From contig CM120645.1 of assembly GCA_051362555.1 (NCBI GenBank), forward strand, positions 15,996,001-16,060,000: a stretch of 64,000 nucleotides of DNA. The letters run 5' to 3'. Position 1 is the stretch's first letter; each line of letters starts with the position of its first letter. Positions 50,642-62,751 of this stretch are shown here, one piece after another. Under the pieces are notes generated by a model. That model searched no databases. It saw only the letters and a list, made by a program, of their open reading frames with translations, and was not told the DNA's origin. The position numbers were made by a program, and so were the translations under genes. Source of the stretch: Lingula anatina. Taxonomy: Eukaryota; Animalia; Brachiopoda.

Positions 50642-53600
50642 TACAAGACCCATATGAAGTAAAATTTTAGTGTGCATACGTTGTGGGGTGATCTGGTGCA
50701 AATAGGGGGAATGGGGGTAGAATCTTAGTGTAGCCTACTACATTTAGATGAATGTAGCAAACAGTGTCTTTTAAATGCCCCCTGCCACCTGCGCTTAGGC
50801 CATATTCTGTTAAAAAAAAAACGGGTTGGGGATTCCTCTCCAGCTCTTACACCAAAGTACATGCGTGATAATGCCTAATGATCAAAACAAATAAGGCACA
50901 AAAAACATAAGAGATAAATGCAAATAACATAAGAGGAACTTGTGAACAGCTAAGAACCTTGGAGCGTAATCAGAACAGCGGACTAACAGATCCAATGACC
51001 AAACATGGCGATTTACTAAAAAAAAAAAAACTTGCTGCTAAATTCCCAATTAGATACTGAATAGATTCCCTGATTACAGAATAACGAGGATTACAGGATT
51101 GCTCAACAAGCATTCAAGTGGGTCGGTCATATTTGATCTGCGGATCGTACATGGTCGTACATGAAAGAAAAACAGCCTAATCTTTTAATAGTCTCTCCGC
51201 CTCTCACACGCCTCCCCACATGTCGTCCCTGCGGGGGGACAGTCATTAAATCCTCGGCTCCATTGGGACGACACATGGGGAGGCGTGTGAGAGGCGGAGC
51301 GACTATTAAAAGATTAGGCGGTTTTTCTTTCATGTACGTCCGCCATATTTAGTCCCCAGGACTTGTAAAGTCTGGCTCAACTCATTGTGAATGCGATATT
51401 ATTCTGAATGAGCTTTTAAATACTTACAATGAGGACGTCATGATCCTTTCGCTTGTTTCAACTTGTTTCGAAGAAGAATAGCATGCTTTGCGTGTTTCTT
51501 TGTTCCTCGTAATCTCTGATTTTAATTATCATTTTAAGGAAAGTTTTTGCAAGTTTGATTTAACAACTCATACAAAATATTTTGGATGCTTTTAATTTTA
51601 TTTAGCAACAATTTTTAAACTGCAAAAAATAATAACGATAAAACCGTTACGGCATAATGAAAATATAGCTATAATATGAAAAGCTAGTCAAAATTCTAAT
51701 TTCAAGAAGGGAATAAAAATCGAAGGGGGTGGGGGGTCAGGATCTCCCTGACCTCCCTCTAAATCCGCCACTATTATATTATATTATATTATATTATATT
51801 ATAATATAATAGTGGCGGATTTAGAGGGAGGTCAGGGAGATCCTGACCCCCCACCCCCTTCGATTTTTATTCCCTTCTTGAAATTAGAATTTTGACTAGC
51901 TGAATCATAGTTCTAAGCCGTACCAAATGGCACCACTCTAAAATACCAAAATTTTTCTGGGCCCTTCATCGGGCCCGGAACCCTCGCCAAGTGGGAAGGG
52001 GGAGTCGGCTTCGCATTCGCGCCCCCTCCCTTCAAATATTCCTGGATCCGCCCCTGATATAAGATATTCAGGGCCGGATTTACGTATGAGCAGACAAAGC
52101 ACCTGCTTAGGGCACCACGGCTAAGGGAGCCCCAAGCTACCAAATAAAAAAATGTATATGTATGAAAGATGGGAAAGTAGAATTGAGAAAAATAATGTTT
52201 TGATGGCAGAGGGAAAAAAGGAGCAATGTGATTACTATGTTAATGAAATGTGAAAGAATACACTCCCTCTAAAAGTTGATTATACGTTCACAACAACATT
52301 TTATGCGAATACAGTGGTATACACTACAGTAGGGTATGTTTTATGTGGTGTAGACCATCTCCCGGGTGCTCATACCGTTTTCGCAGGCTGCAACCCGCAA
52401 TATGCCACAAGTTTGGGCTTACCTGTTCTGGTGGAGGGGGGGGGGGGCACCATGGTTCTTAGACCCAGGCCCGTAGCCAGCAAACTCAAAAGGGGAGATC
52501 TTTTTCTGAAAAAGTGGACCTTTTACAATGAAACTTATGTGTACCTAGATAAAATTTAACCCAAAATGGACCTTTTACTGACAAAAGGGGTGGTTCTTTC
52601 GAACCCCCCTGGATACAGACCTGAGACCTAAATCCGACCCCGAATGCAATACAACATAGCTCATTACTGCGTTCGTACCTGGTATAATAGTTGTCCGCTT
52701 CACGAAAGAAGCAGTACTAGTCTCTTGTAACTTAGTGATTGGGCCTGGAGTTATTCTGGTCGAAGATTCTTGCAGTTTTGTTGACAATGGGCGTGTTTTT
52801 GCCGGAAGAGTCGTTTTTACCGAGAGCGTGGAGTTGCTTGGTTCTGTAGAAATGGGGGTTGTTGAGCGATTCGCAAAGCCGCAGGCGGCGCCCAGTATTA
52901 ACACGTCGTCAATGGCGATGTCGTTTAGATAACTAGGTCCACGAACGGCTACAAATTCTAGGTTCGCTGTATCGGCAGGGATAGTAACTTTCGCGTTTTT
53001 CCATTCTAGACCTTGGTTTCCTTGAAAACAGAAAATCATAATAATTATATTTAAGTTTCATCTAACTGGCTGCTGTATTTATTTGTCAAGTAGATTCTTT
53101 GAATAATAGTCCGGTGGCTTAAGGAAAAAATCGTGACACGGCGGATAAAAGCACCAAATTTGGCATGTAGTTACCTTTTGACATTCTAAATCAAATTAGA
53201 GCTGTAGCCCTCTCAAACAATTTACCGTTTGGTCAAAAAATCCAAAATGGCCGCCAATTTATGGAATTCTTTAGAAATATGTACATACCCATGTTTATTT
53301 TTATCAAATAAATTATTTACTCAGAGTTTTCCACACCCTTATTTCCCATTTTATTCATATATGTCAGATAGTAAACAAGTTCCCTTGGACTTTTTGAAAA
53401 AATCCAAGATGGCTGTCATATGCCATAGAAACAGCCATAGGAAATCTAGTGCATAACTAATACCAGCTATAAAGATACGTTGTGCACTATCAAATTAAGT
53501 CTGTTTCTCAGATTTTTGTTACCCACATAATATGTTTGTGGTGAGAAACTGCGAAGTGTTCTTGGGCATTTTGGAAAATCCAAGATGGCTGCCATGTGCC

Positions 53601-55019
53601 ACAGGAATTCTAGTATACGGGAGATTCAACTAATGGCAACTGGAAAGATTAATTTTCCACTATCAAATTAAGTTTGTTTCTGAGTGTTTTCCACATCCTT
53701 TCCACCCACACAATGTATGTGGTGAGTTACTAACATGTATTCTTGGGCATTTTGAGAAAATCCAAGATGGCCGCGATATGTCATAGGAATTCTTCTAGTA
53801 TTACAAAGGGTTAGAACTAATGCCAGCTAGGAAAAACATAATTCACTGTCAAATTCAGTTTATTTTTCAGTGTTTTACACATTATTATTACACTGTGATA
53901 CATATCTAGCAGGTAATAAATGTGCATTTTTGATCATTCTGAGAAAATCCAAGATGGCCGTCATTGGCCATAGGAATGCTACTGGAATTACAACTGCACA
54001 TCCATGGCTTTTCATCTACTACCAGGGTGAAATTGTGTTTGCTTATTAAGTTTTGCCCATCCTTATTACTCCTATGATATATATCTGGTGGGGAAAAAGT
54101 GTGCATCCATGGATATTCTGAGAAAATCCAAAATAGCTACAATTTGACATAGGAATACTAATGGGTGGGTTTCAATTGCGGCATGTGGTTCATTATACAA
54201 TTACATTACCATGGGTTTGTTTTAAAAATAATCTACATTTTTCTTTCCATTTATTATTACCCCTATGATGTAAACCTCGTCTGTAGCATGTGTGTATCTT
54301 TGGGTATTCTGAAAAAATTCAAGATATCTGCCTTTTGTCATTAGAATATTCGTACACATAATCAAATAATGCCAGAGATACACTGAGTACAATTTAAATG
54401 TAGTTAACTTTTGATTGTTTTTAAACGTTTTCCCTTTCATATCCTATTTATCCTTATGAAAGACTTTGTGTGTGTGTAGAAAGTGTATGTATCCTTGGGT
54501 ACTATTCGGAGAAAACCGAGGATAGCTGCCAGTTGCGATAGGAATATATCATTCAAATGCACAGAGGTGTCAATTAATGGAACAGTTCAGACATTGATTC
54601 CAACATGAAATAAAGCCGTTTGATGTTCAAACACGTTGACATCCTTATTAACCTTACTCTATATAAATCTGGGGTGTAGCAAGTGTGCATCTAGCGTATT
54701 TGAGAAAATTCAAGATTGCTGCAATTCACAATAGGAATAGTACAGTCAACTAGTGCCAGAGAGACATTGGGTTCATTATAAAATGATTTTTGTTTCTTGG
54801 TATTTCACATTCTTTTTGGACTTTGAGTTATCTATCTGGTGGATTACAAGTGTGTACCGTTAAGTATTTTGACAAAATATCATAATGACCCTGATTTGCC
54901 GTAGAAGTGCCTATAAAATCCAATGCACCAGTTTTCCTATGGGGAAAAGAAGGCCATCTTGGATTTCCCCAAAATGATCAAATATGGACATTACTTACCT
55001 AACAGACATGTATCATGGG

Positions 55020-55057
<38 letters not shown>

Positions 55058-56666
55058 AAGAAAAACAACTGAATTTAGCTTCATTTTATATTGAGGCCTA
55101 TCTCTCGCAGGTATTAACTTAACCCCACCTTCTATGGCTATTGACAGCCATTTTGTTTTGTTTCAAAAAGGATACACATAACATTCTCATCACATATATA
55201 TTATGTGGATTAAAAAGATGTGTAAAATACTCAGAAACAAGCCTAATTTATCAATTAATATTATATCTCCATGGCAGAAGAAGCCCTATGTGTATACTAT
55301 AGTGTTTCTTTGATATGGCGACCATCTTGGATTTTTCTCGAAATGCTTGAGAATAAAGGTTAGTTACTTACCAAAATATATTATTTCTGTAATAAGGCAC
55401 TCAGAAACAAAATTAATTAGATAGTGGGCAATGCATCTTCCTAGTTGGCATTAGTTGAAAACCCTTGTACATGTTCTAGTATTCCTATGCCATACGGCGG
55501 CCATCTTGGATTTTCAAAAAGTCCAAGGACACTCGTTTTTCATCTGACATACATGCATAATATGGGTAATAAGGATGTGGAAAACACTGAGAAAATACTT
55601 TATTTGATAAAAATCAACAAAAGTATGTATATATTTCTACAAAATTTCACAAATTGGCGGCCATTTTGGATTTTTTGGCCAAACGGTAATTTTTTTTCCG
55701 TGGGCTACGGCTCTAATTTGATTAAGTATGTCAAAAGGTACCCACATGCAAAATTTGGTGCTTTTATCCGCCGTGTCACGATTTGGCCATTTTTTTGCCC
55801 TAAGCAACCGGAGTGTCGATTGACATGCAAAAACTCTTGCTGTATTTCTATAGTAAATACACACACGCACACACACACACACACTACCTGATATTGACCA
55901 TATACGGATGGTAGAACCATTGCTTCCACGACCTATAATCTTCAGTAATCCCCCAGTGTCACCATGATAAGAAAGAAGGTGATACCAAAAGTACAAGCAG
56001 CGCGTAGTCGTGGATCTAGGCATTGGTGGAAACTGAAGTCTGGCCTGTGAGTCTGGAAGGACCCTACTCGCCTCCATATACATGTAGTATCCATCTGAAA
56101 AAAAAAAGTTAATATATTAAATCGATGGATGAGTAAATGCCCAAATAAAGAAATAAACATATTAATAAATGGATCAATGAATAGATAAATAAGTAAAAAT
56201 GGTGTGTACTATACAGTGGAGATAAAAACTATTGAATTTGAATTTTTTGATAGATGTAAAAAAAACTTGGTGAATTCTAGGCCCATGAAGCCGGATGATT
56301 TATATACTTACACATTCACATGTCAGGTTAATAAATACATAGATACTATACTCCCCTACCAAAAAAGTGACACCCCAACCGCAATTACATTGTTCATACA
56401 TTGCTACTAGGGTACCGCAATTTTTAATTTTTAATATAACGTAACAACTAGGCAACAGTGCATTGTGTAAATCGGGGATATGAGTAGTAGACTAGTGATC
56501 TATCTAGCTTAACCATTGAAATACCCCAACATCAATTATCTTAATATGGGTCTCCTAAGTGAGAAGGGGTACGTATGTTACTAAACGGTAGACGCATAGA
56601 AGGGAGTTTGACCAGCCGAATTGCCAGAAGGTAGGGTTGTTCCATGAGATCCATTCATGGCTTCAG

Positions 56667-56705
<39 letters not shown>

Positions 56706-57453
56706 CTTGTAAGTACGTTTTATCGGATTCTAAATATGCTTGAAAATATAAAAATAGCTGAGTCACAAATGTTTGAATTTATAGCAGAGTCACCAATGTA
56801 CGAATGTGTGAGCTAAAATTAATATTCGGTGAAACATAATGGTCAGTGCTCTACCTTAAGTATTTCTGCATGTACATTTGCTATTGGTTACCTCCAGTCG
56901 TGTGATCACCATCGGGCCCTGTCCTAGCACTCGGAGTTTCCCCTCGGTGCCGTATCCACTCAGCCTGACTGTGATTCCGGTCGAACTTGAAGTTGCAAAT
57001 GGTGGGATCTTCAAATGTGCAGTTAAGCAAAACGTGTTCAGTTTGTGACGTCACAGGCTCTACCAGTGCCGTTCCTGAAATGCCGCTGGTTTTGTTCTTA
57101 TATGCAACAGATGTGTGATTTTGTTAATTTAAGTGGCTATTGAAATTATCGCATAGGCCTACATAACTTACATGTAGATCTTTGGGACTATGGCACAGCT
57201 TATTTCAATTGGTACATGTATTCCAATAAATTTTGATCATGCCCTTAGAACAAACAGTTTGCAAAACTTGACTACATGTATATAAAAACATTTTACAGGT
57301 TAAAAATACGTAACATGACCAATTTGTCAGCTTATACATACCTATCAAACACGCAATTAGCATCTGACGTAGCCCCATCGACCACGCTTCCGTGCATCCA
57401 CGCATTTTATCCCACATCGTACTTTCACGAATTCCTCCTCCGTCAACGAGCAT
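49534..57453 (-). CDS. MAM domain-containing cell-surface protein (signal peptide, MAM, Ser/Thr-rich stalk, hydrophobic C-terminus), up to 338 aa; exons 57453-57342, 57074-56892, 56094-55888, 53020-52679, 51515-51428, 49618-49534
   Basis: All GT-AG junctions join in frame (phases 1,1,1,1,2). MAM motifs [80 protein letters not shown]. Signal-like MGLRQMLIACLIGTALVEPVTSQ; tail IMTSSLWAFTLVCLVLG. Exons 2-4 are well supported; start codon and last two exons are less certain. Confidence 0.85.
50147..50361 (-). mobile_element. PIF/Harbinger-type MITE, inverted copy of 43533-43747
   Basis: Reverse-complement similarity over the whole length. Confidence 0.8.
51156..51397. mobile_element. Internally deleted relative of the 40015-40559 MITE, in MAM-gene intron 5
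   Basis: Shares cgtacatgaaagaaaaa...cctaatcttttaatagtctctccgcctctcacacgcctccccac and its inverse. Confidence 0.75.
51682..51901. repeat. Perfect 101-bp inverted repeat with an 18-bp AT-only spacer
   Basis: 51682-51782 is the reverse complement of 51801-51901. Confidence 0.9.
51810..52056. mobile_element. MITE with tagtggcggat...atccgcccctg termini
   Basis: Imperfect TIR; atataa flanks both sides (51804-51809, 52057-52062), although the left flank is low-complexity. Confidence 0.6.
52466..52623. mobile_element. 158-bp MITE with 5-bp TSD (hAT5-like), nested in another MITE (about 52069-52642)
   Basis: caggcccgtagccag / ctggatacagacctg; TSD agacc at 52461-52465 and 52624-52628; decayed relatives at about 3851-3988 and 5368-5531. 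Confidence 0.8.
53107..55815. mobile_element. 2.7-kb non-autonomous foldback DNA transposon (Academ-like) filling MAM-gene intron 3
   Basis: Termini tagtccggtggctta / taagcaaccggagtg; long inverted arms (atcgtgacacggcggataaaagcaccaaattt / aaatttggtgcttttatccgccgtgtcacgat); periodic aaaatccaagatggc motifs, inverted in the right part. Confidence 0.75.
56667..56704. repeat. (TAA)n microsatellite (others at about 50609-50640 and 55021-55053)
   Basis: Direct reading. Confidence 0.95.
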
Positions 57454-58808
57454 TCCAGTTCTCTAAACTGACCTACTCCAATATACTGTATCATCATATA
57501 TCTGACCTGTCTGTCTTGTTTATTTTGTCTATTTGCTTAATGATGCCGATAATATACTCTCTGACCACAGGGTGCGCTAAAAGTCTATTACTAAAATGTC
57601 TAAAGGCAATGTGATTTTGTATTATAATTAAAGGGATCCTGATGTCAGAGGGTACCGATAATACATGCTTTTATCGGCAAGGGGCTTGTCTCCTATTTCC
57701 TCTCCTGTCTCATTTACCCCATCCTTCTGCTTTAGTGGCGGCCTCTGTGCGAGCTGTTGATTTTCACGTGGTGGATCATAAGTTAAATGAGTTGCCAGCA
57801 AGGCAGCCTAATATACTGTTTGTTATTGCTGTTTAGATATTATTGTTGTAGGGAAACGTTTTTAGAGTCAACTGTTTGAATGGTTTGTAAGTTTGTAAAG
57901 AAAGTATGTTGTTCGTAATTTCATTTGATCTCTTTTATAATTGTATGCTAGTATATATTTACTGTATTTCTTAGTTCATTCAGAAGGCTTCTTTTATATT
58001 TTACCTTGATTATTTTACTTAAGTTCTTCTTATCATCATTATTGTTTACCTTCAAAATTTTCATTCTTTCAATTCTGTAACTGCTTTTGTTAAATATCTT
58101 TTGAACATCGTACAATATTAATCTGTCGATAAATGACTATACTTCAGCCATTCAGAGTCAGCTGTTGAACAGGTGAACTTAACACAGAAATATCACCAGT
58201 AAAGCTTCATGAGTTGCGACGAACTTAGAGGAACACATACAATATGAGCGGTGGAATTTTATTCAGCAAAATATTAATTTCCCCGTAGATTTTCCTGTAG
58301 ATTTCAGTACTTTTACCTTCATCGCCAATGTATACCGTGTCCAAAGCTGCTCACATAATATCTATCCATAAACCCGTTTTTATTTTTATTAGTCGTAGAA
58401 GTCTGTAGTCTTGGTCTCAGTTTATATATGGACGTAGAGACGGTGAGTCTAAATGAAATATAAGAAACCCACTTATGGCGGTAAAGTTATACATGTACTT
58501 TAAGTACTCAAAAACAGGTTTCATACATGTAGTTTGCTATAAAGTTTTTGAATATATGGGGTAATAAAAGGAGAGAAAAGAAAAACAGCTGAAGTTGCCA
58601 GTATTTTGTCGGTAAAGGCCTAACGCGCATTCTATGTCCAAAAAATACCTCGCTCTCATATTTTTTTCTTTATTTCTTTTCGTGTTTCAGATGATCGGGA
58701 CATAAACATATCCAATGAATATTGACTATTTACTATAGACGTTGACAATTTTAAACATTTATGACGCCGCCCCATGAGCAGAACAATAAGAAGTCAACAA
58801 TGAGTAAA

Positions 58809-58888
58809 TGGCGTCACAAGGTCCTCTATGACGTCACAGAGTGAAATGACGTAACAGCCATGTCCATCTCTCCGATAGCAACGGCAAC
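58809..58888 (+). promoter_or_regulatory. Proximal promoter cluster: three CRE-like sites and an RFX X-box-like site
   Basis: TGGCGTCA 58809-58816, perfect TGACGTCA 58829-58836, TGACGTAA 58847-58854, tctccgaTAGCAAC 58869-58882; about 90-170 bp upstream of the ATG at 58976. Confidence 0.55.
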
Positions 58889-58975
58889 TACACAACAATG
58901 TGTGCACCAGTAAGCCGATGAGGGAGAGTCTTTTTTCCCTTTTGTGAAATGTTGTTCTTTTAAGATACCAGCAAA

Positions 58976-61900
58976 ATGAATTCGATAGCTGAAGATGAGA
59001 GGGACGACACAGTGATTGCTGGCGCAGCACATAAGGCGTCAGGATCACAAGATGGAAGTAAAAAATTAGATAAGATTATCACTTTAAAAGAACGTTTTGA
59101 AGATATGAAGGAGCGACGTCTGCTCCCACGTAAGTACATGTATTGCCAGATGTTTTTTTTTTTTTACTCCAACCACGCGTATTCACGCTGTTGTACTGAA
59201 TTAATGCTATATAAATTGCACCCATATGTATGTATCATAAAAAGGTTGAGAAATAAATGTTTTATCCCCCCCAATTGTTAAATTTTTAAATTTCATGCAA
59301 AATCCGAAATTTATGCTAATAAGCGATGAAAGAAATGCGCAGAGTGAAAAAACTGCTATAACAAATCTACTGCAACATTTTTTCTTATTTAAACTTGAAA
59401 TCTAATCATTCTTGTTGCCCGATGATTTAATACAGATATTTGAATCATATATGTATATATTAGGACGAAGAACAGCTATGGGTTCCTACATTGTTCCGCC
59501 TGGAGAAAAACCTCTTACATCACTAGGCAAGTAGTTATCAAAGCTGTATCTTTTACTTTTAAGTCGGTTTATATTATCCCTTTTTTTAAGATTACAAATT
59601 AAAATTTTTTAATGTTGAACTATTAATTTCATATGCATATCTTGGCCATTAGCTACATGTTGTTTGTTTCATAAACAATGTTTGTTTATTAAACAAAAAA
59701 TAATTCTACACCTTTTTCATGCGTTTCTACCATGTGCTCCGATGTTAAACGCCATTTGCTATTTTCCAGGCGACTGCAATCCGTCGCCGTCTGATTATTA
59801 CCCCAAAGACGATCTGACCAAAACAACAGCGCCTCAGGTATTGATAGTAGGAAGGACACGCCCACCGAAAGGTTTGTTGGAAGTGACCTGAGAGCCAAAC
59901 AATAGAAAAACCACTCGCGCTTAGAATAAATGAGTATCTGCCCACAGCTTGAAAATACCGTGGGATAGAATAAATAAGGACTACTGAATTGCACGAGGGG
60001 AAACTGTGTCAGACTTGGTCTTTTCTGTTTTATATCATTATCAAATTATAATCCATGTATGACTAATTAAGCAAAATCATCGTTTTACAGTGCTGTAAGA
60101 GGTAACGAATTCCAGATCATTTGCCAAGTTTTTTTTTTTTTTTGCACTATATAGGTTTTTGTTGATAGTATCATTTCTATATCCAGCATTAAGATGAAAA
60201 CATTAGGTATTGCATGGCATGTCTTATTTTAGCAGTACGGTCCAGTTTTTAATTTTGTCTCAACTGAATTCAAATGATTATGCTGACGTTCCAGCCAAGA
60301 AATGTCCCGGCCCCGCCGACTACGACACCAGCACGGACATGGAGTGGAGAGATAAATTTATATCACAGAAAAACAAAGGAAGGATGTGCATATACGATAT
60401 AAGAAGTAAATTGCCCTTCTCACCTTTTTATTTCTTATCAGAAATTATCTGTTGCTGCTTATCTTTTTACTCCTTTTATCAAAATCTTATATAGAGAATT
60501 TACTGGTATGAAAGTCGAAATTATAAGAGTATATTCAAAATCCTATATTGAATTCAAAATTTTATATAAATTGAAGGTCTACTGATTTATTTAATTTGAT
60601 TTATTTAAATAGTAGTGTGTCGAATGAACTTCTCTCTCTCTTTCTCTCTTTCTCTCTCTCTTGCGATCTATACCCCATCGTAACTATTTTAGGTGATGCC
60701 CACATTAACGACAGCATCGGGCCATCCCGGTACAACAGCCAGTATTACAACTGCGGGACTATGGGTCCCAGGTACAGTGTCCGCGCCCCTGTCGCCGTCC
60801 CCGGAGAACCACCCAACAGATTAGTGCAGCCCGTCGACACACACGGTACGTGATTGGTCTGCTTTGTAGTGTAACCATGGTAACTACCCTATGATATCAG
60901 GGGCTTTTTAAGTAGCACACAATGTTAAAATATGAGTGATTCAATAATTTTGTAACACACCACCAGTATACTTGTGGTCAGAGTACAGTCGCCAGCCAAG
61001 GGAACAACTCAATTGATTGGAATATATAGATTCATTTTTCTATATTTTTTCATCATCATGTTTTTCATCATTATACAGATGAATTAGGTTGAGTCTTCCA
61101 AAATTGACAGGAAAACTTTTTTCTAAATTTAACTAAAAATAATAATAATTGGGTCTCCTTTATTTTTCTAGGTGTCAACAACCCAGGGCCCGGATACCGC
61201 CCTAGCTCCAAATACTGGGGTCGTGGGCCGGAGAAGTCATTCGGGTGCAGTAGGAAAGACAAGACTGAAGAAGGACCCGGTGAGTGTCAAGATTGGACGC
61301 CATATAATATCTAATGTTAGGAAATGCAATTTATTAACGGTGGAATAAAAAAAAATGAGAACGGGGATGCTGTTTTATGATAGTGGAGTACATTCTCGTG
61401 AATCATAGAATCTCAATTTACGTGGAAAAACGCGTGTAACATGAAGTAACCACTTGTTCAGTAATTGATTTTTAGCTATAGGTAAAAAGGGGGCCTTACC
61501 AATGTGTTGCACGAGAACATAATAAGCTATCCTCCTCCTATTCCCTAGGCCCTGCTGAATACACGGTCAGTGATGAATATCGGGGTCCAGCTTACTCACT
61601 AGCTCAACGGTTACCGTCGCCTAAACAGTGGAAAGAAGGTGAGTTTTTACCTTAAGTCCGGCGTACACTCACGCTTGAAAATGCTTCGTTATATACTTTG
61701 CAACTTCTTTACTGTTGACGCATACTGTTTACTGGGAAGTAGTAAAGGGTTGTGTGTGGTCCTTTCATTTCCATTGTTAGCGTGTTGACAGTAGATAGTA
61801 GCAAACTTAAACTACTCCCACCCTCTTCTTAATTAGCCCAATATTACATACCGTTAAAACAAAGAAATGAAGAAAATATCGTGGTAAAACTGATCCTACA

Positions 61901-62152
61901 CGCCCGCACGTTAGTATACTATCTCTCACATCTCCCCCCCCCCCCGCCCCACATTTACATTATAGATAGGAGAGTGGACTATTCTCAATGACACTAAAAT
62001 GAAGTTTCGCTAAAAATTGATTAGATATAAATAAATCCCTTTTACATACACACTGGAAATTATAATACGATATGGTTATTCATTATTAACCGCTATATAA
62101 TTGTCCTATTGTTGTCTTCCTCTGATCTCTATCCCACTTCCAAGGGCAGATT

Positions 62153-62197
<45 letters not shown>

Positions 62198-62720
62198 GTT
62201 AGAAACAATACTTTAAAATTTCAAATTAAACTGTCAAACACAAATGTAATTCAAATTAAATTAATTAATTTTAATTAAACTAGATTACGTTTAGTGAAAT
62301 TAAATTTTCAGCCACCAGCACGACGGACAACCCCGCCCCTAACGCCTACGACCTCGGCACCACTGTGGGAGAGACGGTCGCCATTTCCATCACAGGACGA
62401 CCCAAGACCAGAGAAGGTAATCCCAGGAAAGCCGTCATTACCTCCGCCAAGGAGGTCATGTTTTCACCCCTGTTTGTCTGTTTGTCATCAACATAACTCA
62501 AAAACTGATGAACCGATTTTGATGAAATTTTCAGGAACTGTCAGAAGTGGGCCAAGGAATATGATTAGTTTTTGGTGGTGATCCGGACCAATAATCAATC
62601 AATAATCAGTAGTAATAAAAAAATCGCTGCCTTGGCGGAGGTCTGCGCTCTCGGAGTGCTCTTCTAGTTATTACTATTATTACCTCCGCCAAGGAGGTTA
62701 TGTTTTCACCCCTGTTTGTT

Positions 62721-62751
<31 letters not shown>

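Noticed and set aside
51127-51352. Overlapping sense and antisense ORFs both starting MKEK
   Set aside because: Artefact of the palindromic MITE
55445-55891. 148-aa plus-strand ORF
   Set aside because: It lies in the arm of the foldback element and runs into a (CA)n repeat; no transposase motifs
62155-62196. Long poly(A) as a retrocopy or SINE tail
   Set aside because: No recognisable retroelement body or TSD could be assigned
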